Below, piece by piece: positions 8,587-17,197 of a stretch of DNA of 64,000 nt. How positions within the stretch are numbered: the first letter of the stretch is position 1; each line of letters begins with the position of its first letter. The notes under the pieces were generated by a model, which was not told the DNA's origin, did not search any database, and was given only the letters and a program-made list of their open reading frames with translations. The position numbers and the translations under genes are program-made. Source of the DNA: an uncultured Chloroflexia bacterium. Its GTDB lineage: Bacteria > Chloroflexota > Limnocylindria > Limnocylindrales > CSP1-4. The stretch covers positions 244,761-308,760 of the forward strand of contig CAVYIM010000004.1 of assembly GCA_963768655.1 (NCBI GenBank), read 5' to 3'.

Positions 8587-9507
8587 TCAGTAGCGATCGC
8601 CCGGTCCCAACCTCTTGTGGGCTTCGCGGGCCCGTTCGTCGGCGGCTGAAGCGCCATAGCGGGTGAGCATCGTCCGGCTGCGCCACCCGGCCAAGCGCAT
8701 GAGATCGCCTTCGTTGCCGCCGGCGGCCAGCCACTGGTGGGCGTAGGTGTGGCGGAAACGGTGCGGGTGGACGTCGGCGATGCCGGCCGCGGCGCCACGG
8801 CGCCGGACAACGTCCGCCACGCCGTTCGGCGTCATCGGCCCAGCGAGCCCGAGCCAGAACGCGGGCCGGTCCTTGTCGCGGTGGCTCGCCCGCGCCCGGA
8901 GGTATCGGTCCAGCGCCTGCGCCGTTCGCCGCCCGAACGGACAGGCTCGCTGTCGCCGGCCCTTGCCCAAGACCAGCGCGATGTTCTGTTCGAGATCGAC
9001 ATCGGCGACCCGCAGCCCGGCCAGTTCGCCGAGGCGCATGCCGGTGTCCAGGAACATCCGGACGACGGCCATGTCACGGCGATCCTCGAACGCACGCCCC
9101 TCGCACGCTGCGAGGAGGCGTCGGATCTCGTCGTCGGTGTACACGTTGGGCGGCGTTTCGGGCACTTGCGGGGGACGCATCGTCGCCATCGGGCTCGCCT
9201 CGAGCTCGCCCTCGGCGACCGCCCAGCGAAAGAACGTCTGGAGGGCGCGGTAGCGGACCGAGGCGGTCGCGGGCTTGAATTGCGCCAGTTGGTCGGCGAT
9301 GAAGTCCAGGCAGAATGTCTTAGGGATGCGGTCGACAGAGGTCGGGAGACGTTTCGTCCGCAGATACGCTTCGAACCCTGTAACCGCGTCGAGGTACGTC
9401 GTTACGGTCTTCGCGCTCTTGTTTTCGGCCAGCAGCGACCGCCGGAAGCTGTCGGCGAGGACGCCGAGCGTCGGTCCAGGGGCGGCGCCAGGGGTCTCTG
9501 GGGCCAT
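8587..9507 (-). CDS. Tyrosine-type site-specific recombinase/integrase (XerC/D-like)
   Basis: C-terminal catalytic region [40 protein letters not shown] (R...HxxR...Y). Adjacent to tRNA-Gly. Confidence 0.85.
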   Translation of the reverse strand: MAPETPGAAPGPTLGVLADSFRRSLLAENKSAKTVTTYLDAVTGFEAYLRTKRLPTSVDRIPKTFCLDFIADQLAQFKPATASVRYRALQTFFRWAVAEGELEASPMATMRPPQVPETPPNVYTDDEIRRLLAACEGRAFEDRRDMAVVRMFLDTGMRLGELAGLRVADVDLEQNIALVLGKGRRQRACPFGRRTAQALDRYLRARASHRDKDRPAFWLGLAGPMTPNGVADVVRRRGAAAGIADVHPHRFRHTYAHQWLAAGGNEGDLMRLAGWRSRTMLTRYGASAADERAREAHKRLGPGDRY

Positions 9508-9558
9508 TTGGAGCCCTCCGAAATCCGTCCAGTTAGAGTGTCGGAGAGCATAGTGCCA

Positions 9559-9646
9559 GGCCAGAGAATTGTCGAGCCCCTCAGTTAGAGGGGCTCTTCA
9601 CGAGGGATTTGGCGATTTGGAGCGGGAGACGGGATTCGAACCCGCG
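9559..9646. repeat. Direct repeat copy 2 (att-like), overlapping the 3' end of the intact tRNA-Gly
   Basis: Aligned by eye to 16-103 with about 10 mismatches. The longest identical stretch, ttggagcgggagacggga, spans the tRNA acceptor/T-arm. Confidence 0.7.
9574..9596. terminator. GC-rich hairpin (gagcccctc-agtta-gaggggctc) just downstream of the tRNA-Gly 3' end. A diverged copy lies at 31-53.
   Basis: 9-bp perfect stem. There is no obvious U-tract, so its role as an intrinsic terminator is uncertain. Confidence 0.35.
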
Positions 9647-9693
9647 ACATTCTGCTTGGGAAGCAGACACTCTGCCAGCTGAGTTACTCCCGC
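9618..9693 (-). tRNA. tRNA-Gly (anticodon CCC)
   Basis: Reverse complement reads GCGGGAGTAACTCAGCTGGCAGAGTGTCTGCTTCCCAAGCAGAATGTCGCGGGTTCGAATCCCGTCTCCCGCTCCA. 7-bp acceptor stem, anticodon loop TTCCCAA, T-loop TTCGAAT, CCA encoded. Confidence 0.85.
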
Positions 9694-10174
9694 TCGGCGA
9701 GCAAGCGCATTTATAGCAGATCGCGCGAGAGGGGCGGATGGGGCCAGTCGAGGTCCGGAGGCTTGCCGGCCGATCCCTCTGCGCGTCACGGCTGTGTCCA
9801 GCCAGCTCTGCGTATCCCGATGAGTCCGCGGGCGGCGCGACAGACTCGTGTCACCCACCCAAGGCGACCAGCATGGCACGCGCCAACAAGCAAGCCTCAA
9901 CCGCTGCAGCCGAGAAGGCGGCGGAGCTACCGGGGAGGGCTCTTCGGCAAGAGGTCGACGTGACCGATCCGAAGGTCCTGCGAGAGCTGGAGAAAGCGTA
10001 TCTCCTGGTCCAAGATTGGACCGCGCCCTGCCAGCTGAGTTGCACCGGCTCGGCTGGAGCCGCGTCTCCGGCAACGTCCACGGCCACTCGCAGCCCGGGC
10101 TCCGGCCGGCGCCCGGCTCGCGCGGCAGCCCGCGCTGTGGGAGCCCACCCGAGGTCTATACAATCATCCGGCCG

Positions 10175-10966
10175 ATGCCTGACTACGACGCCTACATCTT
10201 TGACCTCGACGGGACCGTCTACCTGGGCAACGCCCTCCTGCCGAACGCCGGCACCGCCATCCGAACCATTCGAGAGTGCGGGCGCCGGACGGTCTTCCTC
10301 TCGAACAACCCCACTCACACCGCCGCCCAAGACAGCGCCAAGCTCACGCGACTCGGCCTGCCGACCCCTGTCGACGACGTGGTCAACTCGTCGATCGTCA
10401 TGGTCGACTTCCTCGCCCGGCTGCGCGAGACGGACGGCATCAACCGTCTCTTCGTCGTCGGCGAACAACCCCTCTGCGAGGTCCTCGCCGGCGCCGGATT
10501 TGAACTCGTGGATGACGCGAGGGCAACGCAGGCCGTCATCGCCAGCTTCGACAGGACCTTCGTCTACCGGAAGCTTCAGATCGCCTTCGACGCGATCCGC
10601 GCCGGCGCCCGCTTCTTTGCCACGAACGGGGACCGCTACTGCCCGGTGCCCGGCGGTGGCGAGCCCGACGCCGCGAGCATCATCGCCGCCATCGAGGCCT
10701 GCACCAACACGCGCTGCGAGGCGATTGTGGGCAAGCCCTCGCGCCACATGACGAACGCGATCCTGCATCTCGTCGGCGTCCCCGCTGGGCGCTGCCTCAT
10801 CACCGGCGACCGGCTCGAGACCGATGTCCAGATGGGCCTCGACGCCGGCATGGGCGCCGCCCTCACGCTCACAGGCGCGACCACGCGCGACCAGGCGGAG
10901 GCGAGTCCGGTGAAACCCACCTACGTCTTCCGCGACCTCGGCGACCTCCTGGAGCAGGCCCTCTGA
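10175..10966 (+). CDS. HAD-superfamily subfamily IIA hydrolase (NagD-like sugar-phosphate phosphatase)
   Basis: Motif I YIFDLDGTVY near the N-terminus. The ORF-track start at 9848 is probably too early; the ATG at 10175 gives the canonical start. Confidence 0.75.
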   Translation: MPDYDAYIFDLDGTVYLGNALLPNAGTAIRTIRECGRRTVFLSNNPTHTAAQDSAKLTRLGLPTPVDDVVNSSIVMVDFLARLRETDGINRLFVVGEQPLCEVLAGAGFELVDDARATQAVIASFDRTFVYRKLQIAFDAIRAGARFFATNGDRYCPVPGGGEPDAASIIAAIEACTNTRCEAIVGKPSRHMTNAILHLVGVPAGRCLITGDRLETDVQMGLDAGMGAALTLTGATTRDQAEASPVKPTYVFRDLGDLLEQAL

Positions 10967-12555
10967 TGCGCGGCCGTGGCGTCGACGGAGCCGATCCGCC
11001 GGGCCCGGCGCGCCACGGCGGACCGCTCATCCTCGGCATCGACCAGGGCACCAGCGGCAGCAAGGCTCTCGTCCTCGACGAGGCGAGCCGCGTCCTTGGT
11101 ACCGGCTATCGAGCCGTCGGCCGCCTGCACCCGCACTCCGGCTGGACCGAGCAGGACCCGGTCGCGATCGCGGCCGGCGTTCGTGAGGCGATCGGCGAGG
11201 CGCTCGCCCAGGCTGGCGCCAGGCCGGCCCAGATCGCGGCAGTCGGGATCGCCAGCCAGCGCAACAGTGGCTTCACGTGGGACGCCGGCACGTGCCGGCC
11301 GTTCGCTGCCGCCATCTCCTGGCAGGACCTGCGCACCGGGGACCTGCTGCGCGAGCTCCGCGCCCACGATCCGATCTGGTCGGAATCCCTCTGGCGTCTC
11401 GGTCAGCGGCCGGGTCCCTGGAACGCCTCGGTCCACCTCGGCTGGCGGATGCGCCACGATCCCGCCTTCGCGAACGCCGCTCGTGCGGGGCGAATCCGGT
11501 TCGGCCTGTCCGCCGAGTGGTTGCTGGTCGCGCTCGGAAGCCCGCGCGAGCACGCGATGGACTACTCCCTGGTGGACTCGCAGGGCCTCTTCGACATTCG
11601 CGAGGACCGCTACTGGCCGGAGTTCCTCAACTGGCTCGCCATCCCGCCCGAGATTCTGCCCGAGCCCAGGCCGACCCTCCACGACTACGGGACCCTTCGC
11701 GTCGAGAGCCGCGACGGCGAGCATGCCGACGTGCCTGTGCTCGCCATGCTCGCCGACCAGCAGGCGGCCCTCTTCGGTTATGACTGCCGCGCCCCCGGCG
11801 ACGCGGAGTGCACCCACGGGACGGCGACTTTCGTGGACGTGTGCGTGGGCTCGACGGCTCCGGCTGCGCAGCGGATGCAGTCCTACTACGCCTGGGTGTT
11901 GCCCCACTCCGGACGCCCGGGCGACGTCGACTCCCTGGACCGCACCTACTGCCTCGAGGGCGACGCCACCGTCACCGGGGCCGTCATCCGCTGGTTACGC
12001 GAGACCGCCCGGCTGCTCGACGACGAGAAGGAGATCGGCCCACTGGCCGCGACCGTGGAAGATGCCGGCGGCGTCATGTTCGTGCCCGCCTTCACGGGGC
12101 TCAACGTCCCGTATCTCGACAGCGACGCGCGCGGCTCCATCTTGGGACTGACGCTCGGCAGCAGCCGAGCGCAAATCGCGCGGGCCTTCCTGGATTCGCT
12201 CGGCTTCCAGGTCCGCGCGATCACGGACGAGGTCGCCGCCGAAACGGGTGTCCGAGTTACGCGCCTCAAGGTCGGCGGCGGGATCAGCGCGAGCGACCTC
12301 GCCTGCCAGCTTCAGGCCGACTGGCTCGGGTTCCCGGTAGAACGGCCGGCGTTCACCGACACCACGCCGCGTGCGGCGGCGCTCCTGGCGGGCTTCGGGG
12401 CCGGCGTCTGGTCCACGCTCGACGCGCTCCCGCGGCTGCCGGGCGAGACGACCACCTTCGAGCCACGCCTGTCCGCGGACGCGCGCGACGCCGGCTTCGA
12501 GCGCTGGCACCGCGCGGTCGAGAGCGTGCGCAAGTTCGGTACCGGAGGCTCCTGA
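10966..12555 (+). CDS. FGGY-family carbohydrate kinase (glycerol kinase-like)
   Basis: ILGIDQGTSGSKALV is the typical N-terminal ATPase motif. Start overlaps the HAD stop (TGATG). Confidence 0.75.
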   Translation: MRGRGVDGADPPGPARHGGPLILGIDQGTSGSKALVLDEASRVLGTGYRAVGRLHPHSGWTEQDPVAIAAGVREAIGEALAQAGARPAQIAAVGIASQRNSGFTWDAGTCRPFAAAISWQDLRTGDLLRELRAHDPIWSESLWRLGQRPGPWNASVHLGWRMRHDPAFANAARAGRIRFGLSAEWLLVALGSPREHAMDYSLVDSQGLFDIREDRYWPEFLNWLAIPPEILPEPRPTLHDYGTLRVESRDGEHADVPVLAMLADQQAALFGYDCRAPGDAECTHGTATFVDVCVGSTAPAAQRMQSYYAWVLPHSGRPGDVDSLDRTYCLEGDATVTGAVIRWLRETARLLDDEKEIGPLAATVEDAGGVMFVPAFTGLNVPYLDSDARGSILGLTLGSSRAQIARAFLDSLGFQVRAITDEVAAETGVRVTRLKVGGGISASDLACQLQADWLGFPVERPAFTDTTPRAAALLAGFGAGVWSTLDALPRLPGETTTFEPRLSADARDAGFERWHRAVESVRKFGTGGS

Positions 12556-12778
12556 TTCGACTCGGCGTCTGCTAATACCCGGAGCACTGGCCGGAACCGC
12601 GCCGGGCGACGGACGCGGCGCAGATGCGCGAACTCGGCCTCACGTTCCCCCGAACCTCGGCTCGGGGTGAATTGGCCATCGGCCGGGCGGGCCGCGCGCC
12701 ATTCGACCAGGGCAGCCGATGCCTGGCGAGGCATCCTCGGCTTGACTTCGACGGTTCGGCGCCCCAGCCTGACTCGAG

Positions 12779-13414
12779 ATGCAGTTCTTCGACAATGCCT
12801 ACGAGGGCACGCCCAGCTGGGACATAGGCCGGCCACAGGGGGCCGTTGTGCGCCTCGCGACCGCGGGCTCGATCTCGGGTCCGGTCCTGGACGTCGGCTG
12901 CGGCACGGGCGAGAACTCACTCTACCTCGCCGCGCTGGGGCACGAAGTGGTCGGAGTCGACCTGGCCCGGGCCGCCGTAGACAAGGCCAGAGCGAAGGCA
13001 ACGCTGCGGGCGGCCGGCGCCAGTATCGAATTCCTACTGTGGGATGCGCTGCGCCTGGGGGAGATCGGCCGATCGTTCCAGACGGCCATCGACTGCGGCC
13101 TGTTCCACTGCCTCGCGTCCGGGCAGCGAGCGGCCTATGCCGCCAGCCTGCGAGGAGCTCTGGCACCGGGCGGACGCGCGTACCTGCTGTGCTGGAGTGC
13201 GCGCAATCCGCTCGGCTTCGGCCCGGAGCGCATCCACAAATCGGACATACGAGCCGCCTTTCGCTCGGGCTGGTCAGTCGAGGCGATCGAGGAGGAGTTT
13301 CTCGAAACCCTTCTTCCCGTGCAGCTCGTGCACGCCTGGCTGGCTCGCCTCCGGAGAACGCCGGCGCTACATGATGGAGACGCACGGGGCCTCAGTCGCG
13401 CCCAACCCGAGTGA
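12779..13414 (+). CDS. Class I SAM-dependent methyltransferase
   Basis: VLDVGCGTGENS motif I. Confidence 0.75.
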   Translation: MQFFDNAYEGTPSWDIGRPQGAVVRLATAGSISGPVLDVGCGTGENSLYLAALGHEVVGVDLARAAVDKARAKATLRAAGASIEFLLWDALRLGEIGRSFQTAIDCGLFHCLASGQRAAYAASLRGALAPGGRAYLLCWSARNPLGFGPERIHKSDIRAAFRSGWSVEAIEEEFLETLLPVQLVHAWLARLRRTPALHDGDARGLSRAQPE

Positions 13415-13454
13415 TACTGCGAATTGCGGCGGCGCGGCGGCCTGATCCTCGAAG

Positions 13455-16400
13455 TCAACGAGACCGCTGCAGCGTGTCCCGCGGCAAGGTCACAGTCAGC
13501 CGGCGATACGTGCCCCGCCGCTCGAAGATCTCACGGCTCGCTTCCTGGCCCAACTCGGCTCCGTCGACGAGTTCGGTCTGGCCATCGGCCAGTTCCAGCT
13601 CGATCGAGAACCTCTCGCCCAGGTGATAGCAGATCGGGACCTGGCAGTGAGTGAAGGCGAGACTTCCGGCTGGCAGATCGACCGCCGATTCGGTGCCCGA
13701 GACATCGAGCCATCGGAAGCGGCGCGCTTCGTCATTGAACTCCGCGAGGTGAAGGAGGCGCGGCTGCAGGCGGAGACGACCGGCTACCACCTCGATCCCC
13801 AGCTCGCCGAGTCGCGTGAGGATCTGCTCCTTCACCTGGCCGGTCATGCCCGGTTGCTGCGCGCCCCTGTGCCTGGGCGTATGGGAGTACGGGTCCGTCG
13901 GGAATGCGCCATACGTCTCGGCGTTCTTGCGGAAGTTGAGGCCGTCGCGGATGTCGTCGTAGAACTCCGCCAGAGCTGCGGCCGCCACGGGGTCGACGGC
14001 ACGGCGGTGGCAGCCCTGGACCGCCAGCAAGAGCTTGGCGACCATGTGCCAGTAGATGCTGCCCAACCCCTCGAACGCGAAGAAGGTGCCGCTGCGGCCC
14101 GTGAACTCGTCATGCGAGAAGGTCGCCCGCCATAGCTTCCGCACGGCCGCGGCCTGGCTCGGGGACGCGTTCGCGAGCTCGAGCCGGCGGTTGACGTCCG
14201 CCATCGTGCTCAGGTCGGCCTGGAAGTGCCACGCGCCCGAGCGATCCGCGACGAACAGCCCGGGGTCCGTGATCGGAGGCGAGCCGTCGAGCGTGTTCCT
14301 CTGGAGGAACGGCGTGAGCGTCCGGTCCGGATAGAGGAGGTAGCTGTGCTGGTCGGCGCGATACAGGTCGCTCGCTCGCAGCGCGCGCAGGAGGGCCACC
14401 GCCCCGCCGTCGCCGAGCAGACCCGAGTCGAGCACTGCGACCTGCCCCTCGAGCATCGGGCCGAGGCGGTCCACGGTCGCCCGCTCACCTTCGATCCGGA
14501 GCAGGTTGTAGCTGTGGTAGAGGCCATCCGGACGCCGGCTCCCCCGCAAGGTCTCCTCGATCACGGGGGTCGCAGCCGCGACGAGTGCCCGCACCGCCGC
14601 CGTCGGCGTGGGGACGTCGTCCCCGAAGTCTCCGTCGTACAAGGCCCGGCGATGGTCCTCGCCGGCGCGGCCCAGCTCGACCACGACCCCGTAGCGCCGC
14701 GCGTCGTCGAAAGGTCCGCTCGCCTTCTCGAGGATCAGGGTCACCTTCTCCAGGAGGCGCGCCACGGGCGCCGAGATGGGAATGTCGAGATCGGCCGCAG
14801 CGAGGCTGCCCAGCAGCGCCAGGTAGCGCGGGATCGCGCTCAGCGTGACGATGGACAGGCCCCACCCGGCCAGCGCGTTGTTGGCGTCGTTCCACTCGGG
14901 GCGCTGCGTGTTCAGCCAGATGCCACCGCCCGGGACGAAGTTCGTGAGCTTGACGAGGAGTGGCACGAGGAGCTTCTCGAGCAGCGTGACGAGCCGGACC
15001 TCGCCGCTGCCGTCGTGGATCAGCTTGCCGTCGGCCCCCAGATCACGGCTCGCGCCGACGAGGGAGTCGTGCAGAGCCTGGTCCAACGTGATCGTCGCTC
15101 GAGGGTTGGCAAGCACCGCTGCGAAGTCGGCGATGCGATAGGGCACGTTCGCGTACGCGTAGATCCGCTCCCCGAGCGTCGCGGCCAGTGCGCCGGGCTC
15201 GTGCCGCTCGTAGCTCTCGAGGAGCCGGAGCAGGTAGACGATCTGGTGGTCTCCCCAGTAGCCGATGTGGCTCCAGGGATCGCTCGGATCCTGGACCTCC
15301 CATTCGAACCCGGATCGCGAGATGCGGTAGGGGTTGTACCCGTCTGCGGTCGAAGCGTTAAGAAAGACGGCGATGAACTGCCCCAGGTAGCCCGGGAAGC
15401 TCTGGCCCAGGGCCTCCCAGTTCTGGAAGATGTCGCGCCAGTTGCCCTGGTAGCCATAGACCGGCCTGCCCGAAGAATCCCGGACGCGGATCGAGAACGT
15501 GTTCCACGGCCGGCTCGGGTCGCCGTGCCGGCGGCCGAACGTCAGGGGAACGTAGGAGCGCACGAGGCGGACCAGCTGCGGATCGTCGCGCCCGGCAGCC
15601 TCTCGCCACAGCTCTTGCAGAGTCAAAGCCACCGGTAACCCTTCGACCCACAGGCGGTGACGCTCGAAGAGGGTCCGGTTCTGCTCCCGAAGGTATAACG
15701 CGAGATCCTGGATCGGGACGCTGTACCCATGCTCGAAGGACCCGCCGCGCATGATGTTGAACAGGACGTTCGAGAAGTGATTGGCAGCGGCCGCTTCGTC
15801 CGCCGACTGCTGCAATCCATCGGCGCCGGCAACGCGGCGCCGCACGCCTGCGCTGTTGGCGGCGACGGCCGCCTCCAGTGCCGCCTGGAGCTGCGCCGGC
15901 GCGGCGAGAGAATCTCGCAAGTCGAGGACCGCCGCGTGGTCCAGGCCGGTGTCGGCGACCGTGTACCAGGAGTGCCCACCGCCAGCGGGAAGGTGCAGGC
16001 CGTCGGCGACGAGGTAGGCGCCGATCTCGCCCCGGACCTCCGACTCCGGATGCACGCCGGCGCCGCGACGGAACGACTCGAGCTGGCGATCGCTCAGCAG
16101 AATCACCGGGTTGGGGTGACCGACCGACCATGCGGCCGCCACACGAAGGGACTCGGAGGGCTCGGGGCGGTCGGTGATCACGGCGTTCAGCGAGTAGACC
16201 CCGAGTGGCACGTCGGCCAGCCGTTCGTGGCGCATGTATGCCGCCGCGAGGTAGCTGTACCGGGCCCAGGTCTCCTGGTCGACTCCGGGCGGGATGAGCT
16301 GATGCCAGCCGTCGACGTAGCGGATGTCGGCTGGTTCGCCGCCAATCTCGTCGATCCGGGCGCGTCGGACGAGGCCGAATCGGTCGCACGCCGAGACGCT

Positions 16401-16883
16401 CCAGCGGAACCGCAGGCCCAGGTCGCGATTGATTTCTTCGAACAGAACGGCCGTCCCGTCGATCCGCTTGTACAGGTTGCGGGTGATGCGGTAGACGCGC
16501 GGTGCGTCGAGCCACGGCTCCCACAACGACGTGTCTTCCCCGCGCGAGACGAGGACGATGGTGCGTGCCCCGCTCGTCGTCGGATCGCGGAGGATCTTGT
16601 CGACCGTCTGGTAGGGGAAGAGGGCGGTGTCCGGGCTGCGGCGACCCGCCACGAATGGTCCGTTCGAGCCGATGAAGAGCCACGCGTCGCTGTCGCTCGC
16701 AATGCTCATCAGGAACGGCGCCATCTGGTCGACGTTGCAGATGCGGGCATATCGCTCGCCGTCGATCGTCTCAAACCCGCCGCTGACGGCGACGCCGGGC
16801 ACCTGGCAGACTGCGGCCCCGAGGTGGATCGCGCGGACGGGGGCCGTCATGGGGCTGTCTCCTGATCTCGGGGTCAACCGCAT
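13455..16883 (-). CDS. Large uncharacterised protein (1142 aa), possibly a six-hairpin glycoside hydrolase/phosphorylase-like enzyme
   Basis: Its size and Trp/Asp-rich segments (WRDIFQNWEAL, NTQRPEWNDANNALAGWG) resemble large GH/GP families. No confident family assignment. Confidence 0.3.
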   Translation of the reverse strand: MRLTPRSGDSPMTAPVRAIHLGAAVCQVPGVAVSGGFETIDGERYARICNVDQMAPFLMSIASDSDAWLFIGSNGPFVAGRRSPDTALFPYQTVDKILRDPTTSGARTIVLVSRGEDTSLWEPWLDAPRVYRITRNLYKRIDGTAVLFEEINRDLGLRFRWSVSACDRFGLVRRARIDEIGGEPADIRYVDGWHQLIPPGVDQETWARYSYLAAAYMRHERLADVPLGVYSLNAVITDRPEPSESLRVAAAWSVGHPNPVILLSDRQLESFRRGAGVHPESEVRGEIGAYLVADGLHLPAGGGHSWYTVADTGLDHAAVLDLRDSLAAPAQLQAALEAAVAANSAGVRRRVAGADGLQQSADEAAAANHFSNVLFNIMRGGSFEHGYSVPIQDLALYLREQNRTLFERHRLWVEGLPVALTLQELWREAAGRDDPQLVRLVRSYVPLTFGRRHGDPSRPWNTFSIRVRDSSGRPVYGYQGNWRDIFQNWEALGQSFPGYLGQFIAVFLNASTADGYNPYRISRSGFEWEVQDPSDPWSHIGYWGDHQIVYLLRLLESYERHEPGALAATLGERIYAYANVPYRIADFAAVLANPRATITLDQALHDSLVGASRDLGADGKLIHDGSGEVRLVTLLEKLLVPLLVKLTNFVPGGGIWLNTQRPEWNDANNALAGWGLSIVTLSAIPRYLALLGSLAAADLDIPISAPVARLLEKVTLILEKASGPFDDARRYGVVVELGRAGEDHRRALYDGDFGDDVPTPTAAVRALVAAATPVIEETLRGSRRPDGLYHSYNLLRIEGERATVDRLGPMLEGQVAVLDSGLLGDGGAVALLRALRASDLYRADQHSYLLYPDRTLTPFLQRNTLDGSPPITDPGLFVADRSGAWHFQADLSTMADVNRRLELANASPSQAAAVRKLWRATFSHDEFTGRSGTFFAFEGLGSIYWHMVAKLLLAVQGCHRRAVDPVAAAALAEFYDDIRDGLNFRKNAETYGAFPTDPYSHTPRHRGAQQPGMTGQVKEQILTRLGELGIEVVAGRLRLQPRLLHLAEFNDEARRFRWLDVSGTESAVDLPAGSLAFTHCQVPICYHLGERFSIELELADGQTELVDGAELGQEASREIFERRGTYRRLTVTLPRDTLQRSR

Positions 16884-17197
16884 GTCCGCAACTCTACCAG
16901 TGGCCTACGGACGCATTCTCGCCGCTGGCATCCGGACTCGCGCCCAGGCGCCCGCTCGGATGCCTTCGTCTTCGTGACGCCCGAACAGGCTCAGCTCATC
17001 GACGACTCCGGCGCAGTGCGGCCCAACGAGGTGATGACGTGCTCAACCGAAGCCATGCTCGACGGGATGGCCCGGATCACCGCCCTCATCCGGCCCAAGG
17101 TGCCGGTGACCATCGAGCCCCCGGCCCTCGTCGGCGGACCGATGCGACGAGTACCTGCCGCGGACCTTCGGCCCGGACGGGCCCTGCCGGCCGGGCC

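Larger units (their letters stand above)
16..9646. mobile_element. tRNA-Gly-associated integrative genomic island (~9.6 kb). It carries a tyrosine integrase and toxin-antitoxin/abortive-infection-type genes.
   Basis: A tyrosine recombinase gene lies next to an intact tRNA-Gly. A partial tRNA 3' copy sits about 9.5 kb away as a direct repeat. The cargo is dominated by TA/Abi-like genes and hypotheticals. Confidence 0.65.

Noticed and set aside
9848-10174. N-terminal extension of the HAD hydrolase ORF (and similar extensions on the FGGY kinase, moaA, the Mo oxidoreductase and the cox-like subunits)
   Set aside because: These extensions are low-complexity and lack family similarity. Internal ATG/GTG codons preceded by GGAGG-like RBSs give canonical N-termini, so starts were moved by residue counting.
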